DNA of 64,000 bases from a virus (IMGVR_UViG_3300043447_000068:1-64000); one strand, 5' to 3'; numbered from the stretch's first letter, positions 6,359-18,908 are shown. The notes: a model not told the origin generated them from the sequence alone. Translations and numbers: made by a program.

Positions 6359-6414
6359 GGTGGGGTCTCCTTTGGGGCTAGAAGTTTGGTAATATAATTA
6401 TACACCATTTAAGT

Positions 6415-6441
6415 AAAAGAAAAGCCCCTCCGAAGAGGGGC
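6415..6441 (-). terminator. Rho-independent terminator after nrdF
   Basis: GCCCCTC-TTCG-GAGGGGC followed by TTTTCTTTT. Confidence 0.85.
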
Positions 6442-6455
6442 AATTCAAAATACAA

Positions 6456-9523
<3,068 letters not shown>

Positions 9524-9531
<8 letters not shown>

Positions 9532-9925
9532 TTATTTTCTCCAACCTATCTCTTACTCTTTGTACATCTTCTGATGTACCAAAAATTTCTACTTTTGCTA
9601 TAACTGGCTTACCAGTTTTTTGAGATATCATTTCTGCTGCTTTGCAAAAATGTTCTCCAAAATTTGTATTTCCTAGACCAATTATACCAACTAAATGATC
9701 TCTATTACTTTCTATATTTAAAAAATTTCTAACTTGGCGAGGGATAGCACTCTTGTCACTGCCCCCACCATATGTAGGAACACACAAGACATAGTCTTCA
9801 GTTACCACAATGGGGTTCTCGCTATCCCAGTTAATTGGAATGCGAATACTTTCTTGCTCAAGCTTCTCAACAAACCTTTTTGTATTACCAGAATGGTTGG
9901 AGAAATATACTACATTCATACCCAC
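9524..9925 (-). CDS. nrdI: Flavodoxin-like NrdI
   Basis: [28 protein letters not shown] motifs; directly upstream of nrdE. Confidence 0.95.
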
Positions 9926-9950
9926 GAGATCAAACTCCTCTAATTTTGAG

Positions 9951-9986
9951 ACAAGTAAGGGGAGAGATTTTACCCTCTCCCCCTAC
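9951..9986 (-). terminator. Hairpin, probable terminator after the surface-protein gene
   Basis: GGGGAGAG/CTCTCCCC stem; weak U tract. Confidence 0.55.
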
Positions 9987-10000
9987 CATTATACTGCCGA

Positions 10001-10999
10001 TTAAGGAAGTAGTGTTACCTTGCTCTTAGGGAACTTTGCGTTCCACTTCTTAGCAAGAGAGTTGTACTTAGCCTTTGCAGACTTAGTATTCTTTGCCTCA
10101 GCAATTGCCTTTGCCTTCTCAAGCTCAAGCTCTGCCTTTACCTTTGCTAGCTCTGCCTTGGTTGCATCGTGTGCAGCCTTCTCAGCAACAAGCTCTGCAG
10201 TCTTAGTAGCAACTTCTGACGCAAGGTCACGAACTGTAACATCAGCAATACGAACCGCAACAGGTGTTGCTAGTCCAGTTACAGCAGATGCTACAGTTGC
10301 AGTTGCAAGCAAACGAACAGTTCCTGAAGCAGGAAGTGTGATCTCCTTGGTCTTTGAACCAAGAGTTGCAGTTGCAGTGTCTGTAGTCAAAGCAAAAGTT
10401 TCGTTTGTAGTAGTTGTAGTAACCTGAAGGTTGATGGTTGCACCACCCTTAGCGTTACCGAATACATCCACACCACGAACGGTTGCAGTGTATACGGTAC
10501 CAGCAGCACCAGTTGCAGAGCCAGCAAGTTCAATTGCGTTCAATGCACCAGCAGTACCCTGGAAGTAGTAAGTAGTTGTATTTCCACCAACAGTTACTGC
10601 AACAGAACCAACTGCTGTAGTAGTAGTGAATACGTAAAGGTCAGCAGATGTACCAGTACCAGTTGAAATTGATACAGATGATGAACCTGCAGCAGCAGTT
10701 ACTGGAGCACCAGCAGCAGCAAGTGCAGTAACGATCTTACCGTTAGTTGCGACAGCAGAAACAGTAGTTCCAGTGTCAAGGCCTGTTAGGGCAATCTTTA
10801 GTGCGTCTGTAGCGTCTACAGAGTTATCTGCAGGAACTGGTAGAGCGACTGGTGCTGAAACAGCAGTACCGCCAGTAGCAGAAGTTCCGCCAACTGTTAG
10901 AGCAGTAGATACTGCAGCACTTGCAGGTGTTGCAATTACTGATGTTGCAAGGGCAGTAGCTGCAACTACTGCGAATGCGATCTTCTTAAATGAAGTCAT
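10001..10999 (-). CDS. Secreted Ala/Thr-rich beta-sandwich (Ig-like) protein with C-terminal coiled coil
   Basis: Signal peptide MTSFKKIAFAVV...ASA; beta-rich body; basic helical tail. Confidence 0.6.
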   Translation of the reverse strand: MTSFKKIAFAVVAATALATSVIATPASAAVSTALTVGGTSATGGTAVSAPVALPVPADNSVDATDALKIALTGLDTGTTVSAVATNGKIVTALAAAGAPVTAAAGSSSVSISTGTGTSADLYVFTTTTAVGSVAVTVGGNTTTYYFQGTAGALNAIELAGSATGAAGTVYTATVRGVDVFGNAKGGATINLQVTTTTTNETFALTTDTATATLGSKTKEITLPASGTVRLLATATVASAVTGLATPVAVRIADVTVRDLASEVATKTAELVAEKAAHDATKAELAKVKAELELEKAKAIAEAKNTKSAKAKYNSLAKKWNAKFPKSKVTLLP

Positions 11000-11019
11000 A
11001 TATATATTTCCTTTTCTGT

Positions 11020-12798
11020 TTATATTAGATTTAGCCTATCCAAATAATCTTTTACTTCCTTTGGCATAGGTTTATATTGTATCACACTGTCTTTTTGTTT
11101 GTCAAATTCGGTCTTGGGCCTATCCTTGAAAGTGTGAATCTCTACTTCAAGGTTCAGGTCTCTTGGAGTGTGACTTATAGCACCGAATATGGAACCACAC
11201 ACGGCATCAGCCAAGTCCTTGGACAACTTACGTGGGTGATCAACGTTCTTACCATTCTTGGTAATCTTTAGCTCTGTAAGCTCTTCAAAGAGGAGCTCCA
11301 CAGCAGGGATAGCAAGTCTATCTTCATATACTAGCATAGCCATGTCCTCATAATGTTTCTTTCCGACAGAAACAGTATCAGTTCTCATACCAATAGCCTT
11401 TAGCTCATTCTGGATGTCAAATGACTGCCAGCGGTCAAAGGTTACTAATCCTATGTTAAATCCTAATCTTCTTAGGTTCTGGATCCAGTGCTTTACCTCT
11501 GAAAGGTCAACTGGTCCCTCAATCCTTGGTTCCCACCATACTACAGCATCTACTACTACGATTGGTGCAACCTGGTCATAATCCTTAACTACCTGAACAT
11601 TTACCCACTTTTCTACGTGAGCAATTGCAACAGCACACTTGTCATGCTTCTGTGCAAGGTCAGCGTGTACGTAGTAGACCTTGTCTGGATCAGGCTCAAA
11701 TGATGGCTCAAATCTTCTAAAGCTATCAATAGGGTTCCTGATTGTCATTGCTGCACGAACCTTTTCACGTTGCTTGAAGAATGCATCAGACATGTATGTT
11801 GGAACACAGGCAAAGCGTTGCATTGCATCACCAAGGTCAGTAAAGAATGATACCTTAAAGTCATCAATTTTACGAGTTGGGTTAACTACCCATGTTGGTC
11901 TCTTTAATGCAAACATGCCTGGATACTTGTAGGAAATAATCTCATCTTCTTCCCACTCAATCTCTAGCGAGTTGCCTTCTGCATCTTCTGGCAAATCCTC
12001 ATTCATAATAAACTTGTGAGTCTTCTGAACAACATTCTTCTCTGCGATTACAGCATCATATCTAGTTGAGATAAAGTCTCCAGGAAAACGAGGGAACGAA
12101 AGCAGTGCTACTTTTCCGAGATCAGGAAAGCGAGAATCAACAGAGGCACGGAATGCTTTGTAAATATTATCCGCAGTTTTACCTTGATCATTACCAGTTC
12201 CAATTTCTGTAGCAAAGCCAGAGATCTCGTCAAGGACTGCAAGAATAAGATTGAGACCCTCGTGAGACTCTCGTTCCGAGTGACCTGAGTATACTGTGAT
12301 AGATTTATCAAACTCAATGGATTCTGCTTTTGGATTATATCGTCCAGCAAACCATGGCGATTTTTCAATCTTTGTCTTAAAGCCTTTAAAGAATACATTC
12401 TTCGCCTGCTGAGCGTTGATCGCAACGTTAATGATATCAATGGCATCGCCACTAGGTTTACCAAAATATCGTGCAGGATCTTTAAGACAAAGTAGCTTAT
12501 ATACAATGTACGCACAAGCAACAGTTGACGTGAAATCTTTACCCGAACCTTTGCCAAGCTGAAGAATAACTTCATTCTTGGTATACTTCTTGTAATATCT
12601 TCTTCCATTTTCTTCTCCCATGATATCTACCAAATCTTCCAACCTGTAGATCTGACTCATGGCCTCCACAATATCGTATTGGACCTGTGACAGTGGTGGC
12701 TGATTCAGGAAGTCTTCGCCCTCAACGAATGTTTTAGCATCTACAGGAATTTCTGCAAAGTTATCATTCTTAAGTGCATCTAAAAAATCATCAAACAT
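11020..12798 (-). CDS. terL: Terminase large subunit
   Basis: Walker A GKGSGKD, Walker B VLDE, nuclease motifs HADL and DHP...SKDLADA. Confidence 0.93.
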   Translation of the reverse strand: MFDDFLDALKNDNFAEIPVDAKTFVEGEDFLNQPPLSQVQYDIVEAMSQIYRLEDLVDIMGEENGRRYYKKYTKNEVILQLGKGSGKDFTSTVACAYIVYKLLCLKDPARYFGKPSGDAIDIINVAINAQQAKNVFFKGFKTKIEKSPWFAGRYNPKAESIEFDKSITVYSGHSERESHEGLNLILAVLDEISGFATEIGTGNDQGKTADNIYKAFRASVDSRFPDLGKVALLSFPRFPGDFISTRYDAVIAEKNVVQKTHKFIMNEDLPEDAEGNSLEIEWEEDEIISYKYPGMFALKRPTWVVNPTRKIDDFKVSFFTDLGDAMQRFACVPTYMSDAFFKQREKVRAAMTIRNPIDSFRRFEPSFEPDPDKVYYVHADLAQKHDKCAVAIAHVEKWVNVQVVKDYDQVAPIVVVDAVVWWEPRIEGPVDLSEVKHWIQNLRRLGFNIGLVTFDRWQSFDIQNELKAIGMRTDTVSVGKKHYEDMAMLVYEDRLAIPAVELLFEELTELKITKNGKNVDHPRKLSKDLADAVCGSIFGAISHTPRDLNLEVEIHTFKDRPKTEFDKQKDSVIQYKPMPKEVKDYLDRLNLI

Positions 12799-13321
12799 TG
12801 TTATTCACAATCACGACTGTTTCTTGATTCTTGCTCAGCTTAGACAATCTACGCATGATCTCATCACGGATGTCTGGATACTCTGATGCAATATCTTTTA
12901 GGATTTGAATAAGTGCTTGCTGCTTTTCTTCAATCTCAATCATCTCTTCAGCAAGCTCTTTATTCTCAAGGAGTCCTGCCTTCTGAAGCATATCAATACG
13001 TGTCTTCTCTAGATCCATAACAAGCTTAATACCCTGGGTCTTTGCAGCCAGGTTTGCTGTTGTCGTTGCCTCATCAATTACTTCGTAGGCTTTTGAGATT
13101 AGCTTGCTATAGTGAGTGTCAGCACCAACCAAAGCCTCTTTAGCACGTGCACGGATAGCAGCATTGTCTGCAGCCATCTGTCTCCATTCGCTAATGTATC
13201 CAACGACAGTCTGTCTTGGAATAGCCAATTCTTTAGAGATTTGTGTAGGATCATTTCCTGCAAGGTATTTCTCTACAACCTTGTTTACATTATCTAGATG
13301 CTCTACTAGCTTATCTTCCAT
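12791..13321 (-). CDS. Terminase small subunit
   Basis: N-terminal HTH, helical body, overlaps the terL start. Confidence 0.7.
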   Translation of the reverse strand: MEDKLVEHLDNVNKVVEKYLAGNDPTQISKELAIPRQTVVGYISEWRQMAADNAAIRARAKEALVGADTHYSKLISKAYEVIDEATTTANLAAKTQGIKLVMDLEKTRIDMLQKAGLLENKELAEEMIEIEEKQQALIQILKDIASEYPDIRDEIMRRLSKLSKNQETVVIVNNNV

Positions 13322-14051
13322 ATTTAAAAGCCGTTCTCATTCTTTCTTCATTCTTAGCAATGAGTTCTGGGTTAGCCTTCTGCTCATCAGTTAGTGCAAA
13401 TTTTGCTCTAGTTGGTAGATCTGCTTTATCAGTATCTTTAACGTAATAGAATACAGCGATGCTCTCTCTGTTCTCGCCATTTGGTGCTGCGATCATCTCA
13501 GGCAATCCATGCCAGAAGTTTCCATCTGTTTCAAATATTACTGCACGATTAAACTTTGGAGATACAGATACAAGCTTTTCTCCTGGCTGACCATCTACAT
13601 CATTCCAGAACTCTAGCTCCCCACCCCAGGAATCTTGCCAGTTCTTGTTTAAGTAAATAATTATATTTAGCTTTCTGACAAGCCCAAGCTTTGGATGCAG
13701 CTTTGCATCCTGATGCAGATTTAGTCTGCCATTGCTTGCGTGCAGGTGCATTCCACCAGCGTGCAACCCATAGTCTGCGATAAGACCATCAATGCCAGTT
13801 AGCTCTTCAAGTGTGTCTGTGAATTCTTTTGTTGTTAGGTCAAAAAATGTTTTATAGAAATCAGTTGGGTACCAGTCCCAGTGAGTAGATAAAAGCTTTT
13901 CCTCAAACTCTGAGTTGTTTCTTGTTAGCCATCTTTCATCGTCATACGAGTAGAACTGATCTGATAACCTATCTGCCAGCTCAGGCTGTAGGAAGTCGTC
14001 AAGAATCCAGATACGTGTTGGCTTTTCTATAAACTCAATGTGCTGTGACAC
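13311..14051 (-). CDS. 2OG-Fe(II) oxygenase (prolyl-hydroxylase-like)
   Basis: HQD, IYLNKNW...GGELEFW, PKFNRAVIF, HG motifs. Confidence 0.85.
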   Translation of the reverse strand: MSQHIEFIEKPTRIWILDDFLQPELADRLSDQFYSYDDERWLTRNNSEFEEKLLSTHWDWYPTDFYKTFFDLTTKEFTDTLEELTGIDGLIADYGLHAGGMHLHASNGRLNLHQDAKLHPKLGLVRKLNIIIYLNKNWQDSWGGELEFWNDVDGQPGEKLVSVSPKFNRAVIFETDGNFWHGLPEMIAAPNGENRESIAVFYYVKDTDKADLPTRAKFALTDEQKANPELIAKNEERMRTAFKYGR

Positions 14052-14328
14052 TCTTCTTACCTCTCTTGCCTTTCTGTGGAATTCTCTTTACCCTGTCAAC
14101 CTGAAATGACCTAAAGCTGTGGCTTTGTCCACGATATAGCTCAAAGCAGTCAACCCACACAGACCCGTTGTCAGTGTTTGTAACCAAAGCATCGAACTTG
14201 AACTTTAGTCCATATTCTCCGCTTACCTTAATTATATCACCACGAGCTATCTCAAAACCCCCAATATTCATAGAATACTCTCTTGAGAATTTGGTTTCAG
14301 CTACTGGTACAAGCTTCTTCTTTGCCAA
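14035..14328 (-). CDS. Hypothetical phage protein
   Basis: 97-aa ORF overlapping its neighbours. Confidence 0.65.
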   Translation of the reverse strand: MAKKKLVPVAETKFSREYSMNIGGFEIARGDIIKVSGEYGLKFKFDALVTNTDNGSVWVDCFELYRGQSHSFRSFQVDRVKRIPQKGKRGKKSVTAH

Positions 14329-14565
14329 TTAGACATCACCCTTGATCCTCTTGATTTCATCTTGGATATAGAAGATAGCCTTCTGAAGGTCTTCTATGTG
14401 CTTCTCTTCACTCTTAATCCCTGCCCTCCAGATATACTTCATGGCATTTCCCAGATTAAAGTTCATGTGTCTAGTAATTTGCAATGCCTCAATACCGCTT
14501 GGGTGGCTGGTGTAGTGTGTTGGGTGATTAACCTGGTCAACTGTTATCTTTAGTTTATCGCTCAT
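14329..14565 (-). CDS. DUF3310/SaV-like protein
   Basis: VNHPTHY...GNAMKYIWRAG.K...EDLQKA motif. Confidence 0.8.
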   Translation of the reverse strand: MSDKLKITVDQVNHPTHYTSHPSGIEALQITRHMNFNLGNAMKYIWRAGIKSEEKHIEDLQKAIFYIQDEIKRIKGDV

Positions 14566-14717
14566 CGCCTTGACTTTCTTAGTCCAAATTTAGCAAGATA
14601 CACATAGATAGTCTCAAGACTAACTCCGCATTCTTTTGCTATGTCCTCTGGGGACTTCTTGTCTACGTGGAAGCGTTTCCGCAACCACATCTCGTTTGTA
14701 TATAGTTTAGCAGCCAT
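14562..14717 (-). CDS. 51-aa HTH protein (not in ORF track)
   Basis: Hand translation MAAKLYTNEMWLRKRFHVDKKSPEDIAKECGVSLETIYVYLAKFGLRKSRR. Confidence 0.75.
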   Translation of the reverse strand: MAAKLYTNEMWLRKRFHVDKKSPEDIAKECGVSLETIYVYLAKFGLRKSRR

Positions 14718-14720
14718 CTT

Positions 14721-15299
14721 TTAATTTGTCAACCTATCCCAGTTATTTACTGCATAGTGTCCAATACCAATAGCGTCAGCAACGTCAGGATCGCTAACAC
14801 TCCTATCGTATTGAATGTTAATATAATTAATAGTTTTTTCTTTTCTGAGATTACGCTCATAAGTTTTAAGCCATGAATCAGACTTTTCAGGATACTGTTT
14901 ACGTATCGCAAGCTTTTCTTCCTTAGATAGTTTCTTATTACCTATATAGTTTTGCCATGTGATTGGTGCCACAGACTTAATGATAGATACCCCAGTCAAC
15001 CCAGCAGCACCAAGGAGTGCACCCTGAACCAGGGCAAGGTCTGCTGCGGTTTTTGGACTGTTCATGAATACCGTATGCTCAATAACAATGGCATCAAAAG
15101 GCTCATAGGCATCGAAGAATGCCTTTGTCTTTCGACATGCGTCTACGACTTTATCATACGTGGTAATTCCAGAATACTTAATCTTTCCAAAAGACACTAG
15201 ATCTTTTGAGTTAAATACAGAGAATGCAAGGCTGTTTGTGCTAGCATCAATTGCTAGTATCTTTGTCGGTTTCCCAATTATTGAGTTCAACTTTACCAT
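14721..15299 (-). CDS. RuvC-like Holliday junction resolvase
   Basis: ILAIDAS, IVIE, DVADAIGI acidic motifs. Confidence 0.8.
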   Translation of the reverse strand: MVKLNSIIGKPTKILAIDASTNSLAFSVFNSKDLVSFGKIKYSGITTYDKVVDACRKTKAFFDAYEPFDAIVIEHTVFMNSPKTAADLALVQGALLGAAGLTGVSIIKSVAPITWQNYIGNKKLSKEEKLAIRKQYPEKSDSWLKTYERNLRKEKTINYINIQYDRSVSDPDVADAIGIGHYAVNNWDRLTN

Positions 15300-15570
15300 T
15301 TGCTATTCCCTTTATTTGTCTCAAAATACGATTTATTTCTTTTGGATCTACTATGCATTTTTCGCATGTCTTGTCATCATTGTATATAGATAATGTGGTG
15401 TCACATATCTTACAACGCCTGTCTTTGTTTTTACGTCTTTCTCGTCTAGTCTTCTCATAGCGTAAAGCTATTTTTTCCTTAGTCGCTTGTTCACGACATA
15501 GGGCTGAGCAGTAAATCTGATAGGACGTATTTGGTGTAAATTGTGTGTCACACCATTGACAATGTTTCAT
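15247..15570 (-). CDS. Cys-rich (zinc-finger) hypothetical protein
   Basis: Several CxxC motifs. Confidence 0.65.
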   Translation of the reverse strand: MKHCQWCDTQFTPNTSYQIYCSALCREQATKEKIALRYEKTRRERRKNKDRRCKICDTTLSIYNDDKTCEKCIVDPKEINRILRQIKGIANGKVELNNWETDKDTSN

Positions 15571-16381
15571 CTATTGGCTCCAGAGATTTAATTTTGATCT
15601 CTCCCTTGCCAGCCTCTGCACACGCAGCCTGAATAGGACACGTCTTACAAATTTTTGAATTTGAACGGTAGTTCTTTTCTGGTAGGGTTCTGTCAACCCA
15701 GGCCTTACGAACTACTCTCATCCAATCAAAAGCTTGGTTTACCCACGATACTAAGTAACTTCCTGGCTTTACCTCAACTGGTAAAATCAGTAGGTCATGG
15801 TTGTTCTTATTCTCATATATAAGAACTCCCTTAGTTTTGCCAAGAATCTTCATATAAATAAGCAACTGAACTAGGTGGCCCTTCTTTGGCTTACCTGCTG
15901 CCTTTCTATACTCAAAACCTTCGCTTGGCATGGTCTTGATTTCACCAACGATATCTTCGCCTGCCCATTCCAACATGGCATCACCATATCCAAAGATAGG
16001 TGGGTCCTGGTTGGTAATTTTAAACTCAGTAGTTCTATTGCCTTCGTCATCAACAAAAGCCTTAGCAATACCAGAGTTAAGCATGGCAGTCTGTATTCTG
16101 TCGTGAGACAGGGTTCCAGCTGTCATGTTTGCTACACCATAGGCATCTGCATTGTCTTCGAATGTCTGACCATCGAATGCTAGATACCAATATCTTGGAC
16201 ATTCTCCATGTGAGAATGCAATAGTTGATGGAGCAAAAGTTTTCTTTTTTTGAAACTTTGAAACACGAGTAACAGTATACCCGTGGTGAATCTTTGCGAT
16301 CAGTTCGTCAGCGTCGATAAAAGAGTCAGCCTTTTCCTGGACTCTCTTCAACATTACCTGACTTAGTAAATTTTTAGCCAT
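15548..16381 (-). CDS. Cas4/RecB-like PD-(D/E)XK exonuclease
   Basis: CPRYW, GTLSH, GDA...EIKT, QLLIY and CKTCP (Fe-S-type) motifs. Confidence 0.8.
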   Translation of the reverse strand: MAKNLLSQVMLKRVQEKADSFIDADELIAKIHHGYTVTRVSKFQKKKTFAPSTIAFSHGECPRYWYLAFDGQTFEDNADAYGVANMTAGTLSHDRIQTAMLNSGIAKAFVDDEGNRTTEFKITNQDPPIFGYGDAMLEWAGEDIVGEIKTMPSEGFEYRKAAGKPKKGHLVQLLIYMKILGKTKGVLIYENKNNHDLLILPVEVKPGSYLVSWVNQAFDWMRVVRKAWVDRTLPEKNYRSNSKICKTCPIQAACAEAGKGEIKIKSLEPIDETLSMV

Positions 16382-16389
16382 AATACCAC

Positions 16390-16698
16390 TTAGCGAGTTA
16401 TGTACTTAAGTGCAGCAACCAAATTATTGATTGACTCTGCAGCAGTGAAGTACAAGTTCTTCTTCGCTCTATCTCCCTTATCTACGTTTGCCATCCAGGT
16501 TGCTTTAAAAGACATTTTTGCAGCAATTGCCTGTAGGCGTACTATTTCAATCGTTGCTAGTTGTAAAGGAATATCTGGCTTAACAATAAGCTTAGCAATA
16601 AAAGTTAATGCTGTTGTCAATTCCTCGTCTTGCATATAATCAGATATTTCTGCAAGACCGTTAATCATATCTAGAGTTGTTTGTCCTTCATTACTCAT
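16390..16698 (-). CDS. Hypothetical protein
   Basis: 102-aa helical ORF in operon context. Confidence 0.65.
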   Translation of the reverse strand: MSNEGQTTLDMINGLAEISDYMQDEELTTALTFIAKLIVKPDIPLQLATIEIVRLQAIAAKMSFKATWMANVDKGDRAKKNLYFTAAESINNLVAALKYITR

Positions 16699-17509
16699 TT
16701 ACAAACCCTGCAATCTGTGATTCATGAATTCCATCTTCGTTGCCCTGAGCATTATAGATCTCCCATGCTGCAATCATCTTTGGGTGCTGAGACACTTCTA
16801 GATTATATGCCTCACGCTTTTCATGGAAGAACATTGGATCAATTGGATTGTGCTGATTCATCCATCTGTAGTTTGTTACTGGGCAATAGTCAAAGCTTAC
16901 AATCTCGCAGAACTCTCCCTCTTTCCACTTACGCTTTGGTCGCCAGTGTACTTGATTGACAGCACTAAAGATAATGGCATCACCCTTCTTTAGCTCATAC
17001 TCCTTGTCATCAACCCAAAGAGTCCAGTCTTCAATATTCTGGTCAAGGCAGTAGTTGAATGTTACTAGGTTTTCATCTGCATCAAGGTGTGGTGGCAATG
17101 CTGATGCATACTTACCATCACCATAAGCCATGTTGTAATCAATATAGTTATAGTGTGTGAGCCTAATTGGATCCTTGTGAATTGGCTTGGCGTATGAATC
17201 CATTACCGCCTCAATTTCTGGAGGACACTCAAACTCAATTAGTAGTCTAGACATGTGAACAATCTTCTTTGGATGGAATCTAGTTTCACCGTAGTACTGC
17301 TCCTGAGTTCCCTGAAGACGGTCATACTGACCAGCAGTCATTAGGGCTCTATTCTTTTCAATAATGTCACGCAATTGCTTGACCTGATCATCGTTGAATG
17401 GTTTTTCTACATATATTGGCAATTCTTTATTGTATTTATCGAAATCTGTTAGCCACTTATGCATTGGAGCTGGGTTTAAAGGTACCCCAGTTCTTGGATC
17501 AATTTGCAT
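16691..17509 (-). CDS. 2OG-Fe(II) oxygenase-like, paralog 3 of a tandem triplet
   Basis: LPPHLD...TFNYCL...QVHWR. Confidence 0.7.
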   Translation of the reverse strand: MQIDPRTGVPLNPAPMHKWLTDFDKYNKELPIYVEKPFNDDQVKQLRDIIEKNRALMTAGQYDRLQGTQEQYYGETRFHPKKIVHMSRLLIEFECPPEIEAVMDSYAKPIHKDPIRLTHYNYIDYNMAYGDGKYASALPPHLDADENLVTFNYCLDQNIEDWTLWVDDKEYELKKGDAIIFSAVNQVHWRPKRKWKEGEFCEIVSFDYCPVTNYRWMNQHNPIDPMFFHEKREAYNLEVSQHPKMIAAWEIYNAQGNEDGIHESQIAGFVNE

Positions 17510-18077
17510 ATTTTTTCTCCTGTTCCCATTGTTTTTCGTATTTCTCTTTTTTTGCTTGCATTAAATCTTTGTGTTCAGCAGTTGTCTTCTCTGGATTCTT
17601 TCTGCTTAGGTGACAGAATATCATATCTACGTATTCTCCAGGGCCAAAATCCTTGTGAGTTCTCCAGTGAATCTGGTGGGTTCCGCTAAAGGTTAGTGCC
17701 TGATTATTTTCAAGAGTGAATTCTTTTTCCTCTACAACTATAGGCCAAGTTGTGTTACCGCCAAGCTGATAATCGAATGTAAATCTTTGTGATGGAAATG
17801 TATCGTCAAAATGTGGAGCAAGGTTTGGCAATGTAAAGTCACCATCTGCTACAGCATATCTTGCAAACTGATACTCAGTTAGCTCTAGGTCAGATTCTCC
17901 AATGCTGTCTTCGACTATCTTTACAATTTCCTGACAGATATCTTCTGGAAACATGAAGTTAGTTATTCTTTGATTATAAATAGCCTGGTAGTAGTACTGC
18001 TCTGAATCAGATATGATACCCCTGATTCTTTCAACAAGCTCATCACTAAATGGTTTGTCAATTATAACGTTTTTCAT
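17499..18077 (-). CDS. 2OG-Fe(II) oxygenase-like, paralog 2
   Basis: LAPHFD...TFDYQL..NTTWPI...QIHWR. Confidence 0.75.
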   Translation of the reverse strand: MKNVIIDKPFSDELVERIRGIISDSEQYYYQAIYNQRITNFMFPEDICQEIVKIVEDSIGESDLELTEYQFARYAVADGDFTLPNLAPHFDDTFPSQRFTFDYQLGGNTTWPIVVEEKEFTLENNQALTFSGTHQIHWRTHKDFGPGEYVDMIFCHLSRKNPEKTTAEHKDLMQAKKEKYEKQWEQEKKYAN

Positions 18078-18616
18078 TAATTATCCCTCAGCTTCATGTC
18101 AAAAAATATCATCTTTACGTATTCTTTATTTGTAAATTCTTTATCTATTCTACCATGAATCATTCTTCCTGGCAAGAACATTACTGCATCATTATTAGCA
18201 AGATCATATTCTGTGTCTTCTACGTATATTGGCCAGCTTGTATTTGCATCAATCTGATAATCAATAAGTAGAAAGTCCATATTATCTTTATGTGGAGTAA
18301 GAGATGGTGCTCCATATTCTCCAGAATATTCTGTATAGGTAGCACAGAAGAAATCTGCATCAATACCGTTTTCAGCAGCAACAGAATTAATCTTATTTAT
18401 AATGCTCTGAGGAAGCTCTAGATTATTAATCATAATCTTTCCAAGACTTACGTTCTGAATGTACATGCTCTTGTCATCTACGATGTCCTGTGGGAAAGGC
18501 TCCCCAGCAAACTCATTCCAAACAAATACCTTCTTGGTCAGCTTTTCGTGATTGATAATTTCCGATATCTGCTGAATCTCTAGTTCAGAGAACATGTCTA
18601 CAATATGCGTTTTCAT
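18077..18616 (-). CDS. 2OG-Fe(II) oxygenase-like, paralog 1
   Basis: LTPHKD...DYQI..NTSWPI...IHGR; start moved to MKTH, 7 nt below TATAAT (18623-18628). Confidence 0.75.
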   Translation of the reverse strand: MKTHIVDMFSELEIQQISEIINHEKLTKKVFVWNEFAGEPFPQDIVDDKSMYIQNVSLGKIMINNLELPQSIINKINSVAAENGIDADFFCATYTEYSGEYGAPSLTPHKDNMDFLLIDYQIDANTSWPIYVEDTEYDLANNDAVMFLPGRMIHGRIDKEFTNKEYVKMIFFDMKLRDN

Positions 18617-18623
18617 ATATCTA

Positions 18624-18908
18624 TTATACATCATCAATCAATTGCTCTAGAATCTCTAGCTCAATAATTGCCAATCTTACCTTCTGATTGCCCTCACCAA
18701 GAACAACGAAGATAGCTGGGTCTGAGTGGTTTTTTATGGCATCTGTAACTGCCTTAGCCCAGTTATCCTTATTGACTGTAAAACCTTTTGGATATTCCTT
18801 AAAGTCAACAGTAAAGTTATGCCATGTCGCATCACCCTTCTTAGTATTTCTACCAGAATTTTTGTGCTGCTTAGCACCAATGCGACTGCTCTCACCCCTC
18901 TCGCTCAT
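18624..18908 (-). CDS. Small PD-(D/E)XK nuclease, Hjc-like resolvase
   Basis: SG...KGDA...VDFK pattern. Confidence 0.55.
   Translation of the reverse strand: MSERGESSRIGAKQHKNSGRNTKKGDATWHNFTVDFKEYPKGFTVNKDNWAKAVTDAIKNHSDPAIFVVLGEGNQKVRLAIIELEILEQLIDDV

Noticed and set aside
15548-16381. Cas4-like gene as evidence of a CRISPR system
   Set aside because: No repeat-spacer array or other cas genes; stand-alone Cas4-like nucleases are routine in phage recombination modules
16691-18616. TET/JBP-type DNA hypermodification cluster
   Set aside because: No methyltransferase, glycosyltransferase or nucleotide-modifying partners adjacent; cannot be excluded without HMM searches but unsupported here
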